From Antedon mediterranea (lineage: Eukaryota; Animalia; Echinodermata), in the NCBI RefSeq assembly GCF_964355755.1, contig NC_092672.1, positions 30,448,437 to 30,512,436 on the forward strand: a DNA stretch of 64,000 bases. The letters are read 5' to 3'. Numbering within the stretch: position 1 is the stretch's first letter; every line of letters begins with the position of its first letter. The notes beneath the pieces are model-generated. The model saw only the letters and a list, made by a program, of their open reading frames with translations, was not told the origin of the DNA and made no database searches. Shown in pieces: positions 12,876 to 27,800 of the stretch. The translations under genes were made by a program, and so were the position numbers.

Positions 12876-15800
12876 TCGTATTCGATATTGGTCTTTTTCA
12901 TTTGTTAATTTTTATGTATATTTCTTCCGGAATTTGCTATAAATTAAATGTCCCGAAAATACTACTGCCTTATCAAGCCACAAGGCCTATAAATTTTACA
13001 TTACAAGCAACAGAAGGCTGTTTTACATGGTAAGGAACCGATCGCAATTGTTTGTGTTGAGTTACCGGTACGGTAGTAATAGTACTAGCCTTAGGCCTAA
13101 CTAGGCCTAGGCCTAGCCTAACTAGGACTAGGCCTAGTAGTAGTAGGAATGAACCGCGAATGAAACTATGGCCTGAGGCCTAGCCGTCGTGCCTGTAGCG
13201 AACTAGGCTAGACAGTCTACTTTAGAGGCCTACTCTCCACTCCATTCATCCATCATAGGCTATATATTATATACTCACACACAGCACAAATTGTACCTCT
13301 CTGACTCTGCCAGAGAGGTACAATTTGGGCCAGTAACCCAGTTCATACAAAATTAGGCCCCTTCTTCTTCTTCTTCCAATTTAGTGCAAACTTCAGACTT
13401 GATTGAAGACTATAGCACTTTGGTGGGATGTGGTGCGAGTGAGTTAGTTTTCGTAAAGAACCCCCTTAAATGATTTAAAAGTTGGTGCCTTTACAGTTGA
13501 TTCTGCTAGGATGTTCCAATCTCTTGATTGATCGATGATAGTCCCGACTTGAGCGTGGAATACTATATGCTTGGCTGTTTTCTGTGCGAGAAGGGGCAGT
13601 GAGGTTTTTGGTGCTTAAGTATTTGTCCATATCAATAATTGCAACAAGGTTGTTGTGTATCTTGTAGAACATTGATAGTCTTGAGAGTTGACGTCTTTCA
13701 GCCAGGCTTTTCCAAGATAGTTCGTGGAGCATTTTTTTTATTTATTCGGTATATAAAAATATATTACAAAACGACAGTCAAGGACTGAAATGAAATGTAT
13801 TACAAATGACTAAAAATTAGTTAAAATTGCTATAAAAATAGAAACATCTTAATAAAATTAGATATCGTACCATACAATTAAAAACATACAAGAATAAAAA
13901 ACCTTAAAACATTCACTTATTACATATCTAAAAAAGAGCTAGTGGTGCCTATTAATTTTATCCACCATGGTGGGAACTGGAGACGACCTAAGTCTGCTGG
14001 TTTTACAATGAGGTACTTCTAGAAAGCGGAATGAGGTACTTCTAGAAAGCATGGCACTGACACTGGCTGTACGTTCATATCTACTGAGAGTGAATCTTGC
14101 AGCACGGTGTTGAATTTTCTCTACTTTTTTCTTTAGGACATCTGTGTGGTGGTCCCAGACTACACTTCCATATTCCAGGATTGGTCGTACACGTGATTTG
14201 TAGGCTTGTTCTTTTACTTTGGGGTTTTTGATATTTATGTTACGTCTGAGGAAATTCAGTGTGTTATTTGCTTTAGCAGCGACGGTTTCCAAGTGTTTAT
14301 TCCATCTGAGGTCATTGGAAATTGTTATTTTCTACACTACAGTAGATATCAATCAACAATACTAATTTAATTAACATTTAAATTAGGCCTAGGCTATACT
14401 AGAAATAGAAGGCCTAAGATAAGTTACTTCTACAGACATGCTTTTATACTGTATTATTGGCCTAGGCCTAATTATAATACTGAAAGTCTAAAGACCAACT
14501 TGTAGAAAATTATGATAACTTTTAAAATGTCAGTGCCATGCTCCACGAACTATATTGATTTTCTTAATTTTGCTCTTGTGTTGTTTTACTGGATGTCGAC
14601 TGATGATACTGTCTGAGAGTTTTGATTGTTTGATTCAATTTATTTATTTTTTTTTTTTTTTAAATTTTCTACCAGCCTACAGGGTTAGTATTTTCATTTA
14701 AAGTAATTAATCTTTCATTTCTACTTGATTACAGGCGTTCAACAAAGCCAGAAGTAGCCTCTGTCCAGGCACTAGGTGACGAGCAATGCTCCAAAATGGC
14801 TTCCGTGACGGCACTTTCGATGCATCCATCTCGAAAAACTGCCATTATTCTTGCAGAGGAACAAGGTATGCTTAAGCTCTGTCTACACTATAAAAAAAAT
14901 GTGATGTGCCCATGGACATGATGATAGCATATTTGGGCACATGGCACTTTTTTGTCTAGTTTGATAGTGTAGACAGAGCTTTATACAGTATAAAAACTTT
15001 GTTCATTGAAATTGCATACAATGCTACAAATTGCACTCCTCAACACATTTCAGTTTGTTCAGGATGTGCCTCGGTGTGCCATTTGTATCTTGGTTTGTTG
15101 AAGATAACCAAATTTAAGTCGGCTGTTGTGATAAATGAGTTAAAACGCTATCCCACACCTCAAAAGACAAGGCCTGTTAAAAAATATATATATATACAAA
15201 ATAAATGAAATTACTACAGATAAAATCAGAAAAACCTTTAGTTTTACCATCTTACAGGTAGTGGACATATTGTACGCTGTGATGTTATAGTAGACACCAT
15301 ATACTCAATACATGTTGAAACAACAACGAGGGTGCTGTATCTTGATGAACCACCGGAAGAAATTGTTGTAAGAGGTCAAGACGACGAGGGTAAGGTCACC
15401 GAGTTTACGATGGTTACCAGGAGACAGTTATACAATTGACAATACTGATTGTATTCATTGTCTGTATAAATAATAGCTGAACAATATTCAACTAGAGTGC
15501 AGAACTATTTGTGAATTCATTTATTTCTTTATTTTAACATTAATTTTCTACCATAAAAGCAATGAAAAGGGGTACAGAACTCCTAGTTTTTGGTATTGCT
15601 ATGCTATTAGTTTTACTATGGTTGTTGGGAATTTAACTATAGATATTTGAAAGTGAAAGTAATGCAAATTTCAGTTGAATTTTTAAACAATTTTTTTTTA
15701 AATAGCTTGAATTGTATTTTAAGACTTATTAGCTAAGATGTTTTATTCTGATATTTTTATATTCAATAGGAAATGTATTTAGCAGTTTGCAAGGTCTAGA

Positions 15801-18800
15801 GTTTGAGTGGAGCCTCATATCAGACTACGAGGGTGCGGAATTTCTTGAAGCTAACAATGTACTACGGTAAATCAAAACAAACTTAATTATTTAAAAGTTT
15901 GAAATATGCTAGTCAATATGTCATGTGCACTGTTCTATAGGAAATTTTAATAATTTTTCAATTTTAATGAATTTTAATTTTTTAGCATGGTTTCATTCCT
16001 TGAGACTTACTACATTCCACTTCCACATATTGCGGAGTTTGAAACGGGGGGAAAACAGGGAGATCGAATTCTGATAGAAGGAATTACTACTGGGTCAGCC
16101 AAGGTCAGCGTAAAACTTAAAGCTAGAGGATTTAAAGTGAGTTTAATAATTGTTTATTTTAAATTTAAACAGATTTAGTAGAAAATTTGAACCACCAGCA
16201 AGAATGTTATATTGTTTAGTCTTGTTTGTTGAGTATTACCACTAGCATTATTATTTTTAATTTATATATTTATTTGTTTAATAATTAACCAAAAGTTTAT
16301 TAAAATATTGAGTGGAGATTCTCGCCTACTGATCCCAGAAACCGGGGTTCAAATCCAGTCAGATTATTATTATTTTTTTTTTAATATGTTCACTCCCAAA
16401 GACCAAACTTTGTTTATTATGTAGAGCTTCTTGTGTATTTGTTTGTTCTGTGTGCTGAGTTGCCAGCTTTTAGAAGGGTAGTTAATGAAATCACCCATTG
16501 AGAATACAAAATGAATTTTAAAATACTACTTATTACTTTTAGATATTAATAATATTTTATTAATATTTTGAATGTAGATAAACATGAACAAACATTCTTA
16601 CTTCCTGAAAATGTATCATTTCAAAGAATTTGGTAACAAAGTTTGAAACAGGGCATTATAGTACATAATACCATAAAATCACCTGCTGCTGTTCATTGAC
16701 TATTAACTGTATTCACACAGAGCTATCATTTTGGAAGATAAACTGAAGCAATTCATTCATATTTGATTGAAAGGTGTTAAGCTCTGTCTACACTATAAAA
16801 AAAAGGTGTGATGTGCCCAAATATGGTATTGATGACATCATGTCCATTTATGGGAACATCACATTTTTTGTCACATAAAATTTGATAGTGTAGACAGAGC
16901 TTTAAAGGCCTAGATTTTGAACTATTCTACTACTTAGTACTAAAATGCTTTATATCCTATTATCATTAACAGTACTGTAGTTTATTCATATCGCATATAG
17001 TAATTTGATATCTATAAATTAATAACAACACATATGAATCTATATGGAATACTATTAGATGTTTAAGTGTATAAAATCACTGTCAGATGTAGCCTGCTCA
17101 TATCAGAGTGTGAGGTTTTTATAATTGATGGTACTGTATAATATACACAATTATTGATATTGATTTAACACAAATCAGTATGAAAAGTAATGTTGTCCTG
17201 GTGCCTCCGAGAATTTCATACCCCCATACGACATTTGTGGTAGGTATAGATGTTTCGGCAAAAAAAATGTTTTTTTTTACTTCAGTTGGCACAGTTGATT
17301 TTAACTTCCCATCCATCATTGTTGCTTCTATTTTTGTTGTTTTTTAGTCTGCAAATGCAAGTGTTGTACGGCTTATTGTCACTGACAACCTGATGCTTAA
17401 TCCATCACATGATGTCTACATCCTGGTACATTCTCAAGTACAGTATCAAGTTGAGAAATTTCGACAAGGAAAGTTCACAGGTCAGCACCAAACTATGATC
17501 ATCTGTGTTCACACTATGATTGTCTGTGTTCAAACTATGATCATCTGTGTTCATACTATGATTGTCTGTGTTCACACTATGATCATATGTGTTCACACTA
17601 TGATCGTCTGTGTTCACACTATGATCATCTGTGTCCATACTATGATCATCTGTGTTCACACTATGATCATCTGTGTCCACACTATGATCATCTGTGTCCA
17701 CAAAATGATCATATTGTGTTCACACTAATTGCAAAAGGAAGAGCCTATTTAAATATAATTATAACCTATTGAAGGCGTGGCCCGTATCCCATACGAGGCC
17801 TGTATATGTACGGTTTGACTTTTTGAGTCACTGAATTCCACTTTTTGAGCATTTGACCTTTGACCTATGTGAAAAAAGTACATTTCACACAACAATAAAA
17901 CCAACAATTGCAGAAAGTTACAGTCATAAAATTTATTTTGCAGTTTTTCTTTGCATTTATCATGCTTAAAAACTAAGTATCATTTTAGGCTAAGTGAGTG
18001 GTGTTAAACAGTCATGAGTTAAAACCGTAGTACTAGGTGAGGGTCGAACCTTTCAATTAAAAAGAAGCATGCTTAACTACTAGGCTACGTCTCCACTACA
18101 AATTTTATTTCAAAAGGTTAATTGTCTTATCTTTTCTTGCAGTTCTTACGATGCCATCTTTACAATACCGTCTTGAATTGGCAAACACTAAGATAGCTTC
18201 GTTAGATGAGAAAACTTTAAAAGTGACCGCCCTTCAGTTGGGAACTACTGAAGTTATTCTTATTGATAAAAGTATCCTTTTTATTTATACAGTAGAACCC
18301 CCTATTAAGTTGAGACATTCAGGATCCAACAAAATGTCTTCTTAGTAGTCGTGTTTCCTGTATAGGGTTTGACTGTATTGTTAAAACATATATTTTTCCT
18401 TGTTCATTTCACAGTGTGTCCTCATAATAGAGGTGTCCTCTTGGGTTGTACTCTTAATTGAGGTGTCCTTTTAAAAGGTGTGTCCTTTTAATTGGGTGTC
18501 TTCTTAATTGGGTGTCCTCTGAATAGAGTTTCCCAAAGTAGCTATGTCCACTTTCACATCCTATAACCTATTATAACAGTTCATTTTACAATATATAATA
18601 ATGTATCTTTACCTACCTACCCTACACATTTTAAATCTAGAAACCTAGAATGCAAGCTATAGCCTAACAAATAAATCTCCAATCTCCATTCCACCTCCCC
18701 TCTTCAATATTCAAATGTTTTTATACACTTTGTTCATTGACCATCCAAAGATAAGTTCTTTAATGATACCACCAGATGTAAAAGATCCAATTAGCCAACC

Positions 18801-21800
18801 ATCTGCTGGAATACATGTGGTTGAACCAAAATTTTTAGGTATGTATACAGTTTTCAAATAATTAATTGACAAATTAGCTTTGTGTATTATGTAATTTGCT
18901 TAACACTTTGACTGCCAGAGGTTTTTCCAGTTAGAAACTGCCACCGCCAGCGTTTTTAGCCCAATTCTATGTTTTTATTAAAGCTGATTGAAACCATGTA
19001 TGTGATCTGATTTATATGTAATTTAGACTAAAATAATCATAAAGATTTTAGCTTTACAATGGTACCAAGAACGATTTTTAAATCGCAATATGTAAATCGT
19101 AATAGTAAAATGAAAGTAACCCACTTTTTGAATTTTTCGTAGTTTCGCGCAAGAAAGTCGAGATATTCGCGATTTTGTGCAAGACATCACAATATGAAAA
19201 TATCGCCCGGTGAGATCAACAAACAACGAAAAAGTTACTTACACGGCACCGATATAGGCCTATAAAAACAAGTTATCACTATCGAAAAATGTATTACATT
19301 TTATAAATCATAAATCTTACATCAATGTTTCGCCAAAATCCACATAGTAAAGACACCAGGCCTAGTTAACCAGGCCTAAAGTTGGTCCGGAACCGTTTTA
19401 CGACTAGGGCTAGGCTAGCCTAGTACACTACTAGCCTAGGCCTAGGAGATAGTAAACTGATGATAATAACCATACCATTTCAAAATAAGTTTGTTGCGTG
19501 AAACTCGGTCACTTTCAGTAAAACACCAAAACAATTAGGGTATAGGCCTACATACAATAATAAAATTAAAGACTTCATATTGAAAATGACTCCATTATTT
19601 TTTATTCAGATAACAAACAAACATGTCAATCCACAAAAACCTTTGTAATGCTTCGGCGGCATAGCTAGCGCGCGACCGATACACAATGCGCCAAGCCATC
19701 GCTCTACGCGCTACTGTGATGCGCGGTGTTTGTTATTTCAACAGGTACCATTTTGACAGTCGTTCGTAACCAGATTAGTTACTTTTAAATTGTAAAATAT
19801 TCACGGTCCAGACCGAATATAGTGTTCATATTTATAGTATATACCAATAATTAACCTATCTACCGGATTTCGTAAAAAAACGCGAAAAACGAAGATCTTC
19901 GTTTTTGGCAGTCAAGCGTTGTGTTTCCAAAAACGAAGATCTTCGTGTTTGGCAGTCAAAGTGTTAATATATAGCTTTGTGTATATTTGATTGTATATAA
20001 TATGTACCTAATACTTTCGTAATTATAATTTAAATGTTACAAATATGGCATGAGGTAAAATATAACCTTTCATCATTCACCGAATAGGCGGCGCTGTTGC
20101 GACCGTTCAATAGTGCGTATTATTGCGCCTACAATTGTCCAATCAAATGACAGGAATTTATTCAGGTGAACATTATATAACATAAGTTAGTTACACAAGA
20201 AAGATATACTAGCATGTTTCTTTCTCTTTCGTCATAGGCTTTGTTGTTCTTCCTGGTAGAAACTATGTTCTACAGCTTGGCAATTACTATGAGATTCTTG
20301 TTGAAATATATGATCGCAACAGCAACAAAATCTTCCCATCAGATGTAAGTAAATAATGCTTGTTTTTAAATATCGAAATTTATTTATTGTAATTTTAAAA
20401 ATAATTTACAGATTGAAGTTAAACAGAGGCCTAGAAAGGCCTATTTTGTTTACATTTGATAAAAAACAAGCATTTTAATAAACTATGGTTCTACAGAAAG
20501 TCCTCAACAACAAAATGATATCTGTCAATTTGATGGCAGATTTCTCAATTAAAGTAGAAAAATTATATATTACAAATTACAAGAAGACGGTTATTTCAGA
20601 AGTGATCTGGTTTTAAGAAGTTTTAGGTGGAAAATAAAAAGTATTATAAAATAATTCCCATTATGTTTTCAGAATATCCGTATGGAAGCTGTCTTTCCCG
20701 TGGAGTATTTCAAAGTTCTTTATTCCTCACATAATGGAACGTACCATCGGGTGCAAACACTGAAGAATGGTATGGCCGAGATTGCGGCAACGCTCATAGC
20801 TGTGTCCTTGCCTGTAAGTATTGAAAATAAATAGAATATTTGACTCCTTCACACCCTGCAAACATGAACACATTTTGTTAAATAATTTAGATATATTTAT
20901 TTCGCAAGTTTATATTGAATTTTGCCGTTGTTTTTAGGATGGAAGTGTACAAAAGTTGAAAATACCAGTTGTCGGTAAACAAGAAGTCAATATCTACAAA
21001 CCGTTAGTTGTGTCGCCCCCAGAGCTTGTGTTTCCATGGCAACCAAGATCAGCGCAATCTCACTATCAGTACAAGTTAAAGGTATTTTGTGATTTTCTTT
21101 TGCATTCATTGCTTGAATCCCTTTCATTTTCAATACTGTGTATATTTTTAGACATGTATTTCATGAAGATCAGAGCGCTGTGGACTTAGATGTTACACCT
21201 ATTCAACAACATTCTTCTCCCCTAACGGTCACATTGTGTTATCGGCAGCCAACTACTGTGCCATTACGTCTGTCCACGACAGTGTGTGTGTGTGAACTAG
21301 TACACCGGGGTAACCCCCTAATCGTCTCGAAAGATGTACTAGGTTCTTTAAAGTGCACACTGCAGCCATGCTATAAGCTGTACTATAAAGCATTGTCTAC
21401 ACTATCACTTTATGTGACAAAAAAATGTGATGTGTCCATATATGGACATGATGATGTTATATCACTACCATATTTAAGCATATCATTACCATAATTTGGG
21501 CACATCAAATTTTGTTGTCACTTAAGCTTGGTTCCCACTAGAACACAATGCAAGGACGTAAGCCGCAACGTAATCGAATTGACCAATCCAAGCGATGGAT
21601 TATTGAAACCGTTCCTTTTGATTGGTCAATTCGCTTGCTTTACGGCTTACGTCCTTGCGTTGCATTCTAGTGGGAACCAAGCTATAAAGTTTGATAGTGT
21701 AGACAAAGTTTAAGCTCTCTTGATTAATTGATTATTAAAATATTAAAGTGATTTTTACACTTTATTAGAAACATTGAACAAATTATTATGGTTTTAAATT

Positions 21801-24800
21801 TATATAGCGCAAAATACAAATAGTCTCTTTGCGCTGTTTAGCACAAGTGTGAAAATGAAAATGTTGATAATAATAAACCACGAAATAGCCTAAAAAAACC
21901 GAATAAATTGACCAAGACAACAGAAAAAGTCCGAAAATGGAATCTCATATCACCACACAGATGTTTCACTAACTTGTCAAGACAAGCTAGCTATTTATTC
22001 ACAAGTTTCATAGTGATTTGAGCATCTGACTATCCTGCCTAACAAACAATAAAATGAATATAGTGTTTATGAAAAAATAATGAATTCGCACAGAACGAAA
22101 CAAGTGAGTCTTCAAGTGAGCTTTAAAGATCGAAATGGAGGGAGACTCACGAATCACCAAAGGCAAAGAGTTCCACAATTTTGGAGCAGCGACCACAAAA
22201 GATCGTTCCCCACATGACTTCAATCAATTATTGCTCTTAAAAGATGCATCAGATAAATAAAGTATCAATTTCCTCCATTGTGCGATATCAGAGCATTCAG
22301 TGCATTGTTATTTACACTGAAAATGTTCTTAATTTCGTAGGCAACAGGTGGTACGGGAAATCACACATGGTCGTCGTCGGACAAGTTGGTCGCTAATGTG
22401 AATGTTCATGGTATGGTTACCACTGCAACCATGCTTGGAGAAACCACGGTAACAGCGGCAGATGTACGCAACAGTGCCCACACTGGGTCCAGCAAGGTTG
22501 GTTGTATAAATTGTATTAGACCATACTACTTAACATTATTCAAAGATACTATCAATATTTGTTACATGTGTGGCTATGTAAATTGAATGTTTGTATAATT
22601 TAACATTATGTAAATTAAGTCTGATATTTACCTATTTTACATGTCTAAATTTTAATTGGTTGATATAATTGGTCATTTTTTCTTTGTAAATAAAAATTGA
22701 ACATGGTCAAGTTGTGGTTTGGTGGATGCCAGCTACCAATCCAAGGGTCCTGTGTTCAAGTCCTGTCATGTCAGGATTTTTTCTCATGACAAATTTCAAC
22801 TCCACTCCCAAAGACTTGTAATAAAACTGTTTAAGAGCATCTTGTGTAATGTCTATGAACAGGATTGCCACCTGGATAATGAATGAATTCGCTTATGGTT
22901 ACCTTTGGCAATTTGCCTAAATATATTTTTAAGTAAAAAACATTTTTACAGGTGTATTCATTTATGCAAATTAAATCAAATTTTTAACTATTTTACAGGT
23001 GTATGTATTGAGACCAATTGAGATGTTGTTCTTAGATTCAAAAGTAGAAGCTGAATTGGGGTCAACATTGGCTCTTCCACTTGCCATCTATGCACAAACC
23101 ATAAAAGGTAACATAGCTCAGATATGATTCCATTCATATTGAAATTAGTTTTACCTTTTGGTAGGTGGCAGTATTGCAGAGTGGTCTAACTTGGAGCCAT
23201 ATATATGAAGAATTGCGACATTGAATTATAGATAGATGGATGGATTAGAAGCCATTTGACTGCTTGTTGATGATAAACTGACTGATCACCGGAGCTTAGC
23301 ACCTTGTTGTTAGAATGCCTTGGAGAAAAAAAAGCTAATACCTTATTTTTGTCCTTTTGATTTTGTTTAGGTGGTGAGAAGAAGAAGTGCACAGACTGCA
23401 AGCTGTTACCATTAGAGAAACAACTATCAGATAATACAGTATTCAAAATAGTAGAAGGTAAGCCAAGAATTTGTTTGTTTTTGTTTAGAAAGATTTAAAA
23501 GTGAAGAAAAACATTATAAATGTCATGGGTCAATTTTCCTAAACAATAATTTGTTAATTTTTTAGATGAAGATACAGAAGTGACTGAGAGTGCTTGTACT
23601 ATGCTTTTCCTGCGGGCTGAATCTATCGGTCACTCACGCTTGACCGTTACCTATCAACAAGGTGACACCAAACTACAAGCAACAGTCACCATAGCAGCAT
23701 ATGTGCCATTAAATGTAAAAATTCTGTATTTTAATTTGGACATTATTTAAAAATGAAAAAATTAATTAACCTTTCAGACACCCCTGTTAAGAAAACATTT
23801 TCCCACAAAACAAACACAGGGCAATATTTAGCACCCAACAGCCAACCATCTTTAGTTGAAACCCATATTAAAGAGAACACTTTGTTAGCTCTGAAGTTTT
23901 TCTACTGTATACACACTTATTTTGTTTTACCTTAAAAGGACTAAATAAATCACAAATACATAAATTAATCGCAATTTTCTCATTTTTCGTATAGGTTTTA
24001 GACCCTAGTGACGTAGCTGTGGTGAGTCTAGGCTCGTCAAAAAGACTGGTGCTTTCTGGTGGCCCACAGCCTTGGGTTCTAGACCCTTCTAAATACTATC
24101 GAAATCTTGTGCCGGAAAAACCAAACGCAGTGTCTTCAAATCATGTCAAGAGTGTGCGTGTGAATAGTAAGTAAAATTGTTGTACTAATTATTGATGCTT
24201 CCTTTATGTATTCAAAAGAGGAGAAATATAAGTTTTAATACTACTCTATATACACATTCTTCCATTATATGAACATTTTAATATTATATCATTGATTTTT
24301 CATTAAAAATTTAAATGAAATTTTAATCAGTTAATAGTTATTTATTATTATAATTATAAAATATTTTTTACACTTTTTTATTTCAAATTGAAGAAAATTA
24401 CCATTATTTCGAGGTGACCTGTCTGGAGTTCTGTGAGCAGACGTTCACAGTTACCGTGGGAAACAATCCAGCCACTAAGAACCAGTATCCAGCTGTTGCC
24501 AAGACAACTGTTCAATTTGCCTGTGCTCCTCCTGCAACTCTTCACCTTCGACCTCAGATAACACAGCCAACACAAGATCCACCTTGCCCTTTGACCCTTG
24601 ACTCTTCAAACCAGGTCAGTAGCAAAGTAATATGATATAATTAGGACAAACAAGCCACAATGTACAGTATATTCCACAATGTAAATTATTTAAATTTTAA
24701 TTATTAATTTTGTTAATTCCACTTTTGTTCTGTAGGAAATAAACGGTAGATCTGTGTATTTAAATGTCACATTTATTATCAGACTGAATTTTGTAAATCA

Positions 24801-27800
24801 TTTTATTTACAGATCCCAGTGCAAATGTCTGGCAAACTTGAGATACTGGTATTTGCGGCAGATAGCCTAGGACGTCAGTTTGATAATTTTACATCACTTG
24901 TGATTACCTGGGAATCAACAAATACTCAGTTTTCCATTACTGCAACACCACAGACAGTATACACTGATATCGACGGAGAAGTACTTGGATCAAAAGTATT
25001 GAAAGGTGAGACATAAGTGCTGTGTATACTATATCAAAATTCTGATCTGAGGTGCCCTTATATGGACTTGATGATGTCATATCACTACCATATTTGGGTA
25101 TATATCACATCATATTTTGGCACATTACACTTTTTTGTCAAACTAGTTTGATAATGTAGACAGTAAGCTGATCTGCTGCTTTACTCGAGAAAAGGTTATC
25201 GGAGGTACTTTTACTTTCTTTTTTATGAATACAGGGGATTATTTATGGACTTTAAGTGAGCCTACCATAAGTAAATTAACCAATCATAATGCGATTAATC
25301 ATCAGAGCGTTGCGTCTATGTTATTAGTGGAAACCAAACTTTCGTATGAAAGCTATTTTTAAAAGCCGATTTTCCACTAGGCGAATTTGTTCGCGCAAAT
25401 CGAACACGCCAACTTGTACGCATGTGTATTCATGTTTACATCTTCCAAATCCTTCTCTACGCATGCGTATTAGCTGACGCCTTCGATTCGCACGAACAAA
25501 TTCGCCTAGTGGAAAATCGGCTTAAAAGAGGGTATAATTGAAAGTAACGGGTGTATCTCACAACTGAATTTGTTTTTAAATTTGATTGTGTGTTTCATCT
25601 AATTTTGTCCTCTTGACAGCATATCAGATGGCAGTGTTAATGGCTAGGCCTGGTTCAGTTACACTAACAGCAACCACCAATAGTTACAGTGCTACATTGT
25701 TCAAGAAACTCGGTATTAAGCAAAAGGTATTGAAAAAATCTTATTTATTATTTAGTCCTATTTTAATTTTTATTTATGGGTCTTGGAATTTATGACCACT
25801 AGTTGCACAGGTTTTGCTCTACTTCAATCACTACACTTCTTTTGCATTCCTTCATACTTTATTAAAGTAGTTAGTATTACATAATAAAGCCAGAGGTTAA
25901 GTGTAAATAATAACTATATATACATTTATTTATTTTATAATGTACTACATTATTATTGGTAAAATTGTAATAATTTTTCTTTCATTTTTTAACCCATTTT
26001 TTCTAGGAGCGAATTGAACCACCTCTCAGTGACTTCTTAAGTTTCTTGTTGGTAAAGGAGGTGACCTTTGACCCAATAGATGTGACCATTTTTAACCATC
26101 CATCAAACAAGGTTTGTGATTGGTTTTCTGTCAATTATGAACTTTGATTGAATAAAGTTTATTAATTAATTGGTTCCCACTAGAAGCTCAATGCAAGTGA
26201 TTTGACCAATTACAAGCAATGGATTATTCAAGCTGTTGCTTGTGATTGGTCAATTTGCTTACATGGTTCTACATCCTAGCATTGCGTCTAGTGGAAACCA
26301 CCATTATAAATGAATTTAAAGGATCATTCAATATGTCATTGGACATGATTCCATCTCTTTCTTTCTATGATATTTAATAAAATCAAACAGTTGTCATTAA
26401 AGATGTATTGTCCCTTTGACTAATTCCAAAAAAATAAAAAATAAAAGATTTCGAAAAAAGGTGGGTCATTTTGAAGTATCATAATAGTTATTAACTATCA
26501 CCAAAAATGTTTCGAGAAAAAAAAATGTTAACTGAAATACATACGTTTTTTTGTTACAAAAATAACTTTGACTTCCAGTCAAAGTTTTCAATCAAAACAT
26601 ATCCCATAATGAAACGCGCTTGTTTGGCTACTCTGTATGCATAATCATAAAACTTCCTCATGATCTGTGTGAAAATACCTTCTTAACCGTGACGAGTTGT
26701 AAACAATCCTAATTTAGCATATGCATAATGCGTACTCATGGTTTGAAATCTTTGTTTACTTTCGCTCGTGACGATTTTCCAGATGAAATGTAATCAAACT
26801 AATTTACCTGTTAATTACGTAAACTTGTTGTTTTTGGCTCGAATTTTCGACTTAAAGTGAAAAACTTTAATATTACTTTGATATGGCCACTTTAAATTTA
26901 GAATATTTTGACCTTCATTTTTTTGTGTTTCAAGGGACAATACATCTTTAATAATTCTTGTCACATTAATAACATCTTGTGTCTACCGTAAGTTACATTT
27001 GCATATAAATTCGTTCTATTTTTCATTTCTTTTCAGGCAATGTTGAAGATCACTGGTGGATCTGGTCACTTCCTTATAAAGGAAAGCGCTAAAGATATAA
27101 CATCTATTAAATACGATGACAAGAAGAGAATTGTAGAGGTAATTATTTCTAGAATACATGCAATAGTGAAGTTGATTTCAGTGTGCTTTTTAGTACAACA
27201 AATATCTTGTACCTACTAATATGACATCTCATACTTCAGATAGGATGTAAAGCTGTCGCACCTGTGTATATACAGTGCGCATTAAAGTACTTTGTACAGT
27301 ATTCTTGTACTTCTGTGATGTAAAGCCATTGGTCCTGTATACATATTGTACAGTGTACATAACTTCAGATGGAATGTAAAGTCGTTGATTCAAGTGTATG
27401 TTAAAGAACTTGTACTCTAATGAAAAGAGCTGGAGCTGGAGCTCCCTGTATAATGTTCGTCTTTAGAAATAAACAAATATTTTTTATTTCTTGTTATTAT
27501 TTAGGTATCTCCACAAAATGATGGCATACAAACGGTCACTGTGCAAGACCTTTGTATTGAGATGACCCGCCAGACCTCAGCTAGAGTTCAAGTAGCAGGA
27601 ATAGACAGTATTGAATTATCAGTTGTAGATAAAGTAATTCTTTTTTTATTATTTTTATATTTTATTCTCCAAGGTTATACATTATCTTAAAGATCTGTAC
27701 TCTCATTTCTGAATGTGCGTTTAATTATATCTATGGAGCACAGACAGGAAGCTAGATATAAAATCCATATCTATTTTTATTCAGTTTTGGGTGTAGGAAT

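Noticed and set aside
13939-14292. 117-aa ORF as a host gene
   Set aside because: It is a chimera of two LINE fragments joined at a nested insertion junction.
17405-17772. Repetitive ORFs (TDDHSVN; HYDHLCS) as metal-binding proteins
   Set aside because: They are alternative frames of a 21-bp intronic minisatellite.
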